Below, piece after piece: positions 43,106-56,624 of a stretch of DNA of 64,000 bases. Both the position numbers and the translations under genes were made by a program. Source of the DNA: the human T2T-CHM13v2.0 reference genome, Homo sapiens; NCBI RefSeq assembly GCF_009914755.1, contig NC_060928.1; one strand, written 5' to 3'. The notes beneath the pieces are model-generated. The model worked only from the letters and a program-made list of their open reading frames with translations, had not been told where the DNA came from and made no database searches. The stretch's first letter is position 1. Each line of letters begins with the position of its first letter.

Positions 43106-44337
43106 CAGCTGCCATTTATTTTCTGCTTGGACAGCAATGTGACCTTCGCGGCGTGGAGTCTGTTTCCAACTGGCAGGACCACAGTGAGGATCCCTTGTGA
43201 ATGATATAGGGGGTAAACAGGCACACAAAAAGATGCTCATTTACTGGGACTTATTATTATTCTTCCATCAATGTGGAAATTTCAACTGTAAAGAGTTTAT
43301 ATTTATTCATACTTCCTTTCTTGTATGGTCTTTTTACCTAAGTCAGAAGGATCAATCTGCCATCTCCAGAATTAAGAAAGAGGGAATGCAAAGTGAAAGC
43401 AAAAATCAACATCTGATTTTGTCCTCCATAAGTCTTATTGCCCATTTTGGAAACAATCTTTTTTGAAAGTCAGATTTTCCATTATAAGAGCTAGTCACTC
43501 AAGGCAGATATTTCAAAAGCATCTCTTTATACATTGAGGCCGAGAAACTGGTGGGATGAGACCTGGAGTATTATGGTATTATAGAATGGAGGGTTAGGCA
43601 ACTGCCTACTTTACAGGAAACAACAATAAAAAAAATCTTTCCTGGGAAAAGGAAAAATCTAAATAGAAGAGAGTGAGATGTTTGATCCAGTCTATAACAC
43701 TTCAGCTGAACCTCCAAGAGAGTGATACAAAGGCCTATAGCAGGGTAAGATGCAGGATCCACAGGGAAGGCAAGGGCACCTGCACTACTTGGCTTCCTTT
43801 GCTTTGGTTCTTGGGTATGAAGCAGAAGAAGGATTTTCAAATTCTTGAAAAACTGCCGATACCTTGTTGGTGTGTGTCCACTTGGTTTTAGGTAGGGGTA
43901 AAACATCCTTCAGGCAATTGGATGAGATTTCATTTCATGTACACTTATTAACTGGCATTAAAAAACAGGTTAAAATGTAAAAGGTTGTTCAGTCATCATG
44001 CACTGTGCTCTTGATGCAGTGGGGATAGCTCCACCTCTGGTTTAATTCGGGTATAATATTAACTTGGAGAAGAATCGTGATTGAGTACTATTTTGCCTCC
44101 TATAGCAGCGTCTGTGTTGTCACAGATAAATAGTGTGAAGAGATTATTTGATTTAATGATTTAGCCCATATGGATTTTCCAGCAGTCAGTATGTAAGATA
44201 CAGGAGGACACTTTTCCTGCCCGCAAGGATCTTGCTGTCTGGTGAGGGAGAAAGATACATAAATGCACAATTGCAATACAAGTAATGTGAGTTATAACAG
44301 ATATAAGTGTAAAATGCTGTAAGAGTAGAGAGAGGCA

Positions 44338-44679
<342 letters not shown>

Positions 44680-47600
44680 CTATCCCGAGGGAAGTGACTT
44701 TTGAAATAAGGCTGGAAGGTGTAATGTGACTGTATCACAGACTCAGCAAATTTTGAGATGTGGCCTTGCTGTTTACTTAAGATCTACATTCAGGAAGAAA
44801 TGAAGGGAGTGGAGCAGAATGAAGGGGTTGTTATACCTCAGCTCTTAAGACAGCAATTTTATAGTTTCTTTTAAACATGGGTGTATCACTCAAGAACTCC
44901 CCTTACCTTCAGTTTCCAAGAATCATTTTGGGATCCACAGGAAATTGAGGCTCTCAGACTCAGGAGTAAATGTATTTCAAAAGAATGATGGCATATATTT
45001 GAGAAGTGATTCAAGAACACATGTGTAAATGGGGTAATAACACTAAAATGATAAAATATGGCCTTGTAAGAAGATTAAAATATACAATTTAAAATCAAGA
45101 GAGGACATAGAAAACAAAATAACATTTACATGAAAAGGAGATTCAGATATACAGAGTAGCAAAATATTACAGATTTTAGTTGTTGTTTTACGTTTGAAGT
45201 TTTATCTTTTACATTGTGAAAATATTGTTTTAATTATAGGGCAATGGATACCTTCAGCAAAGGTCAATACATTGCCCCTAAATTAAAAGTAAAGGAAAGG
45301 TTTACCAAAACAATGACAGCATGCCTGTAGACTTGACATTAGGGAAAAGCTTGAAATTACACGTGTCTAAATATAAGGTACACGTTTCCTTAACATTTGC
45401 AATAATGGAAACAGTAGAGTGGCAATGATAACATTGCCATTTAGGTGTTCACTGAATGTTTATTAATGTCCATATTTATGTGACATTAGGCTGACACATT
45501 TATACACACTGAAAGTATTAATCATTTTATTAAAATAAAGACAACTTTGTATTACATAATCACATAAAATCATCTTCTAAGTATCATACAGCAGAACGTA
45601 TATATGAAATCTCTAACCTGAAAAAATTATCAGTTGTCTCGCTCCAATATCAATTACAATAAAATTACAAAGTAATGCTTTTTCCCAAGGTGGGATGGAA
45701 AGAGGTGGACCAGGCAGGGATGCATGGGCAGCAGCTTTAAACGTTCTGTGAATGGTGCCTCTTGTACACGGCAATTGCTCAAAGGATAAAGGAAATTTGT
45801 GTTCAGCCAGGGTATGTGGTTAAAATTTGAATACAGTTATCTGCAAACTAATCTCTTCTGCCACAGTAGTAGAACTAAAGAAAAACTGGTACGTGAGGAT
45901 GTGAGGCTATTTCTAAAAGGCCTGCAGAAATGATCTTGGTGGCTGGGCAGCTGAAAGTCCAAAGCTTCAGGGCTTCTGAGAGCTTTGCAGTCAGCCTGAG
46001 TTAGGTCATCTCTGTTCCTTGATAAATGAATAACTCTTCCATTGCCTGGGATACAATTAAAGTACTGGCAGACAAACCTCAGACTTTACCTGGCTGAATG
46101 ATCACGTTCAAAATGGGATATGTTATGTTTTTCATTAGATCGTTTCCATTTTCTAAACTTTTTCATTTTCCACCTATAAAAGCATTCAGGCTGGAAACTT
46201 CATCTTGAATACATCAGTTTCACCACTGTATCGAGAAAGATGCAGGTTTATATTTTTAAGACCCAGTTGAATTAATCGCTCAACTCTCGTTCAAATTTCC
46301 ATCAGCACCTAGTCCAACACTGGCTCTCCAATGCAATAATGAAAATATCGGAGTGCTATGAAGACACCATCCCGCAGCCTTTTTAGTCTCCATATTGGAT
46401 CTTCTGTCAAAATAGGAGATGTTGTTCAGCATATTGATGGTAAATTTGGTATAGGACCACAACAGAAATTGTCTGTTTGCCTCTTCGTGAGACGTTCCTG
46501 CCAATCACAGTTTAATTCAGCAGTACCTGTACAGTGTGTCGGCAGGGATTTTTAGAAGGTCAGAAGGCCAAAAACTATTAATTGATTATTCTGCTTACTG
46601 TAGCTAATTCTGGATTTGCACTGTCAACAGAAAGCTGATAAAATCTTCTTGGGTTCTGAAGAACAATGCTCTCGGGCACCCAGCGGAATTTCATGCAATA
46701 TCCAGGAGCTGGCCTGTTCAGCTGCAGCATGTAGTTAGATGGAGTTCTTATTTTCTTTTCTGTTACGCACACTGCAGTAGGGAGCCTCATAGAGCTTTAT
46801 TTTTGTCAATCTTTTCTGAAGAAACTTTCTCAGGACCGCAAAAATATGAGTTATATTTTGACCAAAAACGAGGCAAGGTGTAATATAGAATCCAAGGAGA
46901 AATCTGACTTATAAAATTCTGTGATTTTTTTCTTTAATGAAATCAGATGAGAGTCAGTGACTTTCAGACTTTAAGAAAAGAAAAAGTAATTCTTATTAGA
47001 TTAATATTTAATTTTCATTAAACATACACCCTACAAATCGTTTTGTGTATTATTTTTATATATGATAGGATTTTCAACAAAGTTATTAAATAAACATTAG
47101 GCAGTGTTTTCCAAGAATACAATTCTGTGTCTGCCTTCTTGTGGAATTGGACTCTGACAAGGTAAAGGAAAATTCTACAAGACCTGGGAAACACATGCAT
47201 TGGAGCTTATCTTTTAAGTTATCTGGGGTATGTACTTATTGGAAGTGCATATATATAGTATGACTGCATTTTATGCAGTGACTAAAACCTGGAGAAATTG
47301 TTTAGCTGTGTTACTTTATTGACACCATGTCAGTCAGTATCTAGGCTCATAGCAATTTTTACATGTGGAAGGGAAAGGACTTACTGATAAAGTCAGGCCT
47401 CCATCATTTTGAGAGTGGTGAAAACGGAGCTTTTACCGCGATGTGCCAAGGTCACATATGTAGTTTTCTGAAGATCTGGAACCAGATGCCAGATGTCCAG
47501 GCTTCCTGTCTTTTCTCTATAAACTGTAACAGATGTTTCCTATCTTTAAAATATTGGAATACTTATACAAAATTATATGTTCATCCAAATAAAAGTTCTT

Positions 47601-48347
47601 AAATTATGAACTTAACTTATCCTTGTTAAATACCCTTCTGTCAGTTTCTGCCTGTCACTCAATCTGCCAAGATCTTCCTGAATCCTGACATTCTCATCCA
47701 GTGCATTAATTGTCTTGGTGCATAGAGACACTGAGCTGTTATATTTATCTTCTTTTTTCCTTTAGGCATAATTATTGTTACTTCCTAGATCCTGGTAATT
47801 ACAATAACTGCAACAATGGGGATGAGTTGTTGTTTCCTCCCTTTCTCCTCTCTGAACTTTATCCTTATTCAGTAAACAATCTGCTTTGATGGCTGACTTA
47901 ACCTCATCTCCCTTTTCACATAGATACATCAAGTTAGAATACTGTCTGAAAAACAGTTCTCTGTTTGAAGAAAATCAAGCAGGTTAGTATTGACCTTCAA
48001 GTGCTATTGGAATGAGATGTTGACCCAGAGTTGGAGTTTATCAGAAGTGTTATATAAAGTATAAAGGAAAACAAAAAAGACCACCTTTGAGTTTTGTTTT
48101 ATTTTATTTTATTGCTAAACAAGCTGTGTAGAAATACACAGAATTGCAGAATACATTATTATGTAATTTCGAATTTATGGCTTATAATGTGTGTAAATTA
48201 TCTCAAGGTTTTAATGACCCCAAGTCAAAAAGAAAACATACTTTCAGAGAAATGTAATTCTAACGTGACCACATTCCACTGACAAAATGATCTCAGTAAT
48301 GCACTCTAAATGAGTCTCTACCTCAGATGCATATGTAAAATAAAAGC

Positions 48348-48643
48348 AGTCTGGGCATGGTGGCTCATGCCTGAAACCCCAGTGCTTTGGGAGGCCAAGG
48401 TGGGAGGATTCTTGAGGCCAGGAATTTGAGACCAAGCTGGGCAACATAGTGAGACCCCCATCTCCACAAATAATTTTAAAATTTAGCAGGGTGTGGTGGT
48501 GCATGCCTGTAGTCACAGCTACTTGAGAGTTTGAGGTGGGAGGATTGCTTGAGTTTAGGTCAAGAGCTGTGATCATGGCACTGCACTCCAGCCTGACAGC
48601 GTGAGACCTTGTCTAAAAAAAAAAAGAAAAAAAAGAAAAAAAA
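48348..48643 (+). mobile_element. AluJ
   Basis: J features GGGAGGATTCTTGAGGCCAGGA, GGGCAACATAGTGAGACC and GGAGGATTGCTTGAG; TSD TAAAAGCA. Confidence 0.9.
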
Positions 48644-48899
48644 GGTAAAAGCATAAGTATTTGTCAGCAGGTAGAAGAAACATCTACCTATGCAGCTGGT
48701 TAATGCTTCAGTTAACAACCAGCAATTCAGAGTGATGGCAAATAGCTTCCTTGTACTTCCTTGTCTAATGTAAGCTTATCTCTACTGGCAGTGGTTACCA
48801 GGAGTACTCTACTGGGAAGGACTCTGTGGTTGCACTTGAGTTCAAGGGAAGGTCACCACACTTGTTACTGATGACTTCAACAAACACAAGATAGTGACA

Positions 48900-49772
48900 A
48901 GATATGATATCTAATAGGTGTCTGGAACTCTACATAGCCAAATCTCAAGTCTTGCTTTTCTCTGATCTCACTCCAAACCTAAACTTGTTCCTTGCAGCTT
49001 TCCCAGTCATCTTTAAGACAGTCCTATTGGCTCTTACTAAAAATAATATCCAGAATCCAAACACTTCTCATCACCTTGTGCTACCCTAGACTAAGCCATC
49101 ATCATGTCTCACCAGGATTAACAACATTACCTTCTAACTAGTCTCCATCTTTCCCTGTTTCTTTATTCTAAAATCCACTTTCAATACAGCACCCAAACTG
49201 ACCCCTATATAATGAGGAGACCCTGCCATTATTAGACCATGTCATTCCTGCAGTCAAGCACTCCTGGTGGCTCATGTGTCCATTAGAGTCAAAGTCAAAG
49301 TTCTTATGAAGGCAGGTGAGACCATGATTTTCCAGCTCCCATCCCTATCTTGGCTCTTCTTCCTTATTCTGCTTTAAACTCACTGGGTTTAAAGCCTTTG
49401 TGCCGATTATTTTCTTTGCCTGCCAAAGTCTTCTCTATTGTCTCTGTTGTGTTCATATAATTAACGCCCCCTACTTCCATCCCCTCATTGATCAAATGTC
49501 TTTTTGCCAACAATGTCATTCTTGACAATTTTATTTAAAATTACAGCTTTGCTCCCATTCTCCTTCGCCTGTGCTACTACTCTCTTAAATTGTGCTATTT
49601 TCCAAACACTTAATTTCTAACATTCTATATAATTTATTATTTATCGTGCTTATTACATTTTGTCTCTTTCATCTAGACTGAGCCACGGAACAGTGTTTTC
49701 TAATAATTCCCACAGGTCCTAAGAAGTACCTGGCACATCCTAGGCATCCATCAACTATTTTGTTAAGAATGT
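48900..49772 (+). mobile_element. L2a 3' region
   Basis: TCTAATAGGTGTCTGGAACT..AAGCCATCATCATGTCTCACC..TACCTGGCACATCCTAGGCATCCATCAACTATTTTGTTAAGAATG. Confidence 0.75.
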
Positions 49773-50039
49773 CATCATTGATAGAGACTCCAAAGAGAAG
49801 CCCCATATCTTCTCAGTGATTAAAGAGGTTATTAAACTTACAAAGCATGTTTTATATAACGATTCAAATAGAAAATAGCTAAAACATCCATGTCAGCCTT
49901 AGGAAAATTAGAGAAGGGTTAACTGTATCCATGGCACCATCTACCCTACACCTTACCAGACTTGGCAGAGTTGGTAAATAATGGACTTTACACTTTTGAA
50001 AACTGTTACCCTATTTGAGCTCTTTCTTTCTCTGGAGGC

Positions 50040-50300
50040 AGTGGGAGTATTGTAGATGGAACACAGGGATGACGTTAGATAAACTTATATTCAATTCCTT
50101 GCTCATCATTTACCAGTTATACCTCCTTTAGCAAGGAGATATAATTGGTCCTAGTGACTCTACCATGAATATCTATGTTCTCATGTGGAAAATGGAATTG
50201 ATCATGAATTCTTATATTGTAATGAAGATGGAATGAGAAAAGAATTAAAGCACACATAGTACTGTGCTTGATTATAATAAATACTTAATAGACAACTATT
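50040..50300 (+). mobile_element. MIR
   Basis: TTCAATTCCTTGCTCATCATTTACCAGTT..CTCATGTGGAAAATGG..TAAAGCACACATAGTACTGTGCTTG. Confidence 0.6.
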
Positions 50301-50641
50301 ATTTGTAAGAAATTAAGACACTTAGATAAAATTCACAGTTTTAAAGGCATTTGATAACATGCTATCTCATCTGATCATCTGAATGTGGCTGTGAGTTAGA
50401 GTTTGCCTAAATCTGTGACTTTAATAGCCTTTGTGCCTCAAGTCAGTGACTTGAGGTAATTTAAAATATATTAAAAGCAGGGTCATTAAATATGTGGTAG
50501 CCTAGATAATACGTAATTTTTTAATTAAACACACATAGGTTCTTAAACTATTGTATTATGAAAATAAACATATTAAAATGATTATTTTCTGTACTGTTTT
50601 TTAAAGAATGGAAATCAACATACATTAAGAATATGAACCGT

Positions 50642-50938
50642 GGCCGAGTGCGGTGGCTCATGGCTGTAATCCCAACACTTTGGGAGGCCGAGGTGGGTGG
50701 ATCACTTGAGGTCAGGAGTTTGAGACCAGCCTGGCCAATGTGACAAAATCCTGTCTCTACTAAAAATACAAAAATTAGCTGGGTGGGGTTACGTGTGCCT
50801 GTAATTCCAGCTACTTGGGAGGCGGAGGCAGGAGAACTGCTTAAACAGGGGAGGTGGAGGAGGCTGCAGTGAGCTGAGATGACACCACTGTTCCCCAGCC
50901 TGGGTGACAGAGTGAGACTCCATCTCAAAAAATAATAT
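50642..50938 (+). mobile_element. AluS (Sz/Sx-like)
   Basis: Full dimer with GGATCACTTGAGGTCAGGAGTTTGAGACCAGCC. Confidence 0.95.
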
Positions 50939-51285
50939 ATGAATCCTAATAATTCCTTTATGAATTATTACAACTTCTCAAACTAGTGGTAAGGGAAGAG
51001 TTTCCTAAGCCCATCCATAGGTGAGAGGATTAAAGAGTACCAGTTGCAGGTAGGAGATGAATCAGACAGTCTGGAATCATCACATGTGGGCAGCCAGCAC
51101 TGCTGTAATATTATTGACAAGTAGGTAAAGAAGTTCAATTCTGAGTTGAGTCTATATCATTAATTCAGTATGCAGGTTGCATGTCATTTCTCTCAAATGT
51201 GAAGGTTAAGTCTTATGGATTGGTTATTAGTGAAAAAAGTGGCAAATGTGTCATTCTTTTTTTTAATGACCTCTTAGGATCACTA

Positions 51286-51629
<344 letters not shown>

Positions 51630-52619
51630 TGATAAGGCGAAGCTGTAGTCTTACCCATGTAGTCAAGCCCTTCTAACCCAAGGGGAATGCAGGAAATAAA
51701 TATGCTCGGGCTGGGCCCTTTCTGTACAGCCAAGTCTATTGCTCTTCTTCTGGTCAAGTAATCCTATCGAAACCAAAGGTTGTTAGTATGGTATGGCATT
51801 TTAGTAAGACCTTACTGATCTTCATCACATTGCTTCTCATAATGCATAATACTATTTTTATTTAAATTTCTTCTTATTCCTTTCTATCAGGAATAGTGAC
51901 AAAATTAGGAATAAGAAAGGTCATAATGTGTATGCACCTTAATAAAAACAAAATAAGGAACTCTATTAATTATTATAAGGTTCAATTTTTGACGTATTAG
52001 ATTTTTTTCCATTGGTCTAATTGTAAAATTAGGATTCTCTGCTGTTTTTGCTGATCTCTAGAACATATATTGTAATTTTTAAAAACAGCCTTCATGAAAG
52101 AAGCTTAAGTATGTGCTAAAAATTTCTGTGTGACTGTTTTCGGGAGTCCATTTTGAAATATGCAAGAATTTAAATGTTTCTACTTAATTATCATCAGAAT
52201 ATAAAACATCAAAGCTGTAGGTAAATCTTAGGGCTATATTTTGATGAGAATTTTATTATCAGTAGAGTATGTTTATAAACATAGTATCAACAGAGGAAAG
52301 GCAAGGAATCTATGTTTAATAATATGACAAATGACACAGGTAAAAATTATTTTGATATAATACGTACATTTCTCAAAGTTCTATCAAACATCATTTGTTT
52401 AGAAGGCTCACTTATGTGACTACTGGTTTCCTTCTGTATTAATAGAATAAAATTTTCCTACTTGAAATTACTTCATGTAAACCTAGAAAGGAAAGAACAT
52501 TGTTCTTGAAAAATTGGACAAAGTGACAGTAGTTTGGCATTTTTAATGATGTGTATGAGACAATAAAAACTTTCATTAAGTTGATATTTTCTATTTTATT
52601 CTCTTAATCATTTGCTTTT

Positions 52620-53560
52620 TAATTCATTCATTCAACAACTATTTATGTAATGCCTGCCATATGCCAGGTATTGTTTTGGGCAATGAAGATACCACAAAAC
52701 ACAGGAAAAACAGCCGTGTTTTTGTGGAACTTTCATTCTAGTGAGTAACACAGACAATGAATAAGTGTAAGCCTATAAATAAGAAATAAAACATACTGAG
52801 TGCTTAGTAATACAAAGAAAAAGAAAGTTGGTTAAAGGGATAGGAAATGTTGGGAATACATTTTGGAGTCAGGAAAGTCCTCTCTGATAAATGTTATAAA
52901 GTATGTGAAAGGGATTGCTCTTAACGAATCTGAAAGAAAGATCTTGAGAAGGAGGAAAGCCTTTTGGAGAAACTAAAAGACCTGCTGATTTCAGAAACTA
53001 AGGCACAAGGTGAGGTCAGGAAGCTACCCAGGGATCAGGACATACAGCACCTTCTAGGTCATGGTAAAGTTTTGAATTTTTTTTTTTTTCTTATTGGGAT
53101 GAGAAGTCATTGGAAGATAAAAGGCATGGGAGTGATATAGCATGACTTTAGAAGAAGAGTTTTGCTGTTGCCTATTGAATAAGGAGACTGGTTAGAGACA
53201 TGGGTTTTGAAACAGTGACATGAGGGAGAATATATTTCTTTAATTCAGGGAGAAGTTCACAATGTCTACTGATGTGGTGGTGGTAGATGTGGCAATGGTT
53301 AGGAGAGGTCAGAAGGCCAAAATGCTTTTTGAGGGATTCAATATTGAGGGTAGAAAAAATACAAGACTGAAGGATGACCCCCAGTTTTTTAATGTGATCT
53401 GCTGGGTAGACAGGGGTAGAGAAGACAATGGGGCAGAGAAGACAGTGGGTACAGAAGCCTGGGGAATCAGGAGTGTTTTAGACTGGGTATGCTTTGGGTG
53501 CCCATTAAATACCTGAGTGGATAAATCAAGATATTATTCAAGACAGGCACTGTTGGAGAT
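52620..53560 (-). mobile_element. L2 (3' end and body fragments)
   Basis: ATTCATTCATTCAACAACTATTTATGTAATGCCTGCCATATGCCAGGTATTG tail, then a purine-rich L2 body. Confidence 0.75.
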
Positions 53561-54652
53561 ACAGGAAATCAATTTGGGACAAAGAGGCACTATAATATGT
53601 CTATAAATAGACTAATGTAGTTCTTTGCATTACATCTTAATAGGTATAATAATAGGTCTCTTACTAACTACTTTAAAACACTTTTTCCATTTGTGCTATT
53701 TTAGTACATATTTTATGATAAAATGTAGTGCCATTGATATGTATATTTTTCTTGTAAAGTAAAAATGTGTAATTATTAGTAAAGATAGATGGATAGATTC
53801 AGATAAATTGTTAATGAATTGTTGGTAGGACTGTCAGAAAATAGGAATTACTATGGGCAATGGGTTATATATAGAAGGCTTTTTATTTAATTCCTCTTTA
53901 TTTATTTCCATGGGTATATCTGATTGTGTTCTCTTCTTTTCTTAGATCTTCAGTCATTTTTTTTTCTTACAGATTTTCTAAAATTTCTTCAGCAGTTAGC
54001 ATTTCAGGGGAATTTGATATGGGCACCCTGCCCTCAGTTCATTAAAGCCAACACAGGAATGAAGATACAAAGTATTCTAGCGTAAGGAATAAATATTTTG
54101 AGTAAATGTTGCCAATGCATGTTATATACATACGAATATATTTTGGAGTGTATTACCTCATTGTCAAAAATAGCCAGGTCAGAAATATTATCTGAAACTT
54201 GGAAACAGGCAAGAGATATTCCAGGGTGTTCTTTCTGAGCAGTGCTAGGCTTGAATGACTATTGTCTGAGTTGTTTCACAACTCTGTAGAGGTGGAAGTT
54301 AATGTGTAGATTTTTGTCCAGTAGAGATGCAGATAATTCTATCAAATGGAACAGGTTACTTCAAAGGTCACAGTTTATGGCCCTGTTGGACATTAACAAG
54401 CTTCATACGTAAATCGGAAAACCTATTCCAGTACTGCCTATAATTATTTCTTTGTCAAATGCTCTTTGGACCAGTTTTAACATCTTACTAGTTCCATCTG
54501 TAATCAAGTTGAGTAATATTATAATTTTATACTTTTTCTTCTAGTATCACATGAGAGTTATAATTTTCTCATTTTTGGAAAATTGTATTTTAACTTTTAT
54601 AGGTATAGAAAAATATTTGTCCTGCCAAAATATTTTTAAACCTAACCTAATC

Positions 54653-54674
54653 ATATATATATATATATATATAT
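54653..54674. repeat. (AT)n microsatellite
   Basis: About 11 AT units. Confidence 0.9.
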
Positions 54675-55294
54675 TTGCAAAGCATAGGATAACATAGACA
54701 ACTCCGTATTTTGAGTAGTTATTTCAAATTATTCTTTACTATAGAAAACATTTAGTATACTGATAGAACATTTAGTGCTAGAAGAGGCTGGAGAATTTCA
54801 AGATAATAGCTTCCACAGTGTACCAAAAAAAGTGTTTAAATTCCTATATTTCATTTTAAAGGTAAATATTGTACATATTTAAAATTGTACAAATATTTTA
54901 TTTCCAAAATTACTTCAAAAACATGCATGAAAGCATACATGATGAAATACGTATGTGGCAAACTTTTGTAATTTTTATAAAGTGCTTAGAAAATGTTTTG
55001 TGAATGAGCGTAATTATTCACATACTTTTCCTTTCGGAATATATTTTCTATATCATATATGTTTAAAATAGTCTATGAAAAAAATAATTTTTCTTCATGA
55101 TCGTCACCTTCTCATACCTGTTAGCAACGTTTGTACTGATCTATATTCTTATGGAAATTATTTTCGAACCTTGTCGTTTGTGAGCCCTTGAAATGCTCTA
55201 AGCCTCCATTTTCACCTGTGTGTGATGGGTTTAGAACAAATTTTGTTAGTTATTTAAGCTTTAAAAAATCAATGTAAATAATTTTTATCCTTAA

Positions 55295-55665
<371 letters not shown>

Positions 55666-56364
55666 ATAAATAAAAAAAAATAAAAATAAATAAAATAAAA
55701 AAAACCAGAAGACATGAGAATAAGAGATGGTAGGATTGTAAATAGTTGAGCGTTTACACTCTAAATTCATGTGTAGCTGTGTTTAGATTCTGGCTCTGCC
55801 ACTGCCTGGAAATGCTGCCCTTTGAAGCCTTGAGGAAACCAGGAAAAGTCGTTGGGTAGAGCGCTTGCTCCAGGACACCAACAGGATGAGGCTGCTAGAG
55901 GAATGGGGAATTGATGAAATTATCTCCTATTGCATATTAACTGTGTGATAATTAAGGGCTCCAGAAAGTGCATATCAACTATGTGATAATTAAGCATTTC
56001 GGGAAATGGAGAAAATGTCCTAGAAAGAGAAAGTTTGGAAGATCAAGGAATAGGTGTCTAATATGATGGTTTTATAGAAACTCTGTAACTATAAGAGGGA
56101 CAAATGGGTATGGAAAAAGAATCCAAGATGTGCTGAAAGTAGTGTTAAGCACAAAAGATAATCTGAAATCTGAAGCATCATTGAAGAGTTCTTAGACAAA
56201 ATCATATTGTTAAGAAGTATAACACATCTATATATTCATTCATAGAAAATGCATTTACTGAGAGTCAAGTACAGGCAAAGGCCTCTGTTAGACCTTGTCA
56301 AAAATAACAGAGTAGGAGAGCATAGTTCCTTTTCACAATGTTTCTACTTCCATTATTCATTGTT

Positions 56365-56560
56365 ATTACAGTTAGCCTTTACTGAATACCTGCAATATGC
56401 CATGTATTCTACTACAAGGTACTTTGCATTATTTATCACATTTAATTTTATGGATGAGAAAATGAAGACTCAGAGAGGTTGGTAACTTGAATAAGCTATT
56501 GTAGCTTGTAAATGGAAGATCTATCTTATTCCAAAACCTAGCTCTTTCCACTGTTATCTC
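56365..56560 (-). mobile_element. MIR
   Basis: TTTACTGAATACCTGCAATATGCCA..ATGGATGAGAAAATGAAGACTCAGAGAGGTTGGTAACTTG. Confidence 0.7.
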
Positions 56561-56583
56561 TTCATCTAATGAGAGAAGGACTA

Positions 56584-56624
56584 TGTGTGTGTGTGTGTGT
56601 GTGTGTGTGCACACGCACACGCAC
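56584..56624. repeat. (TG)n(CA/CG)n compound microsatellite
   Basis: (TG)13 followed by CACACGCACACGCACA. Confidence 0.93.
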
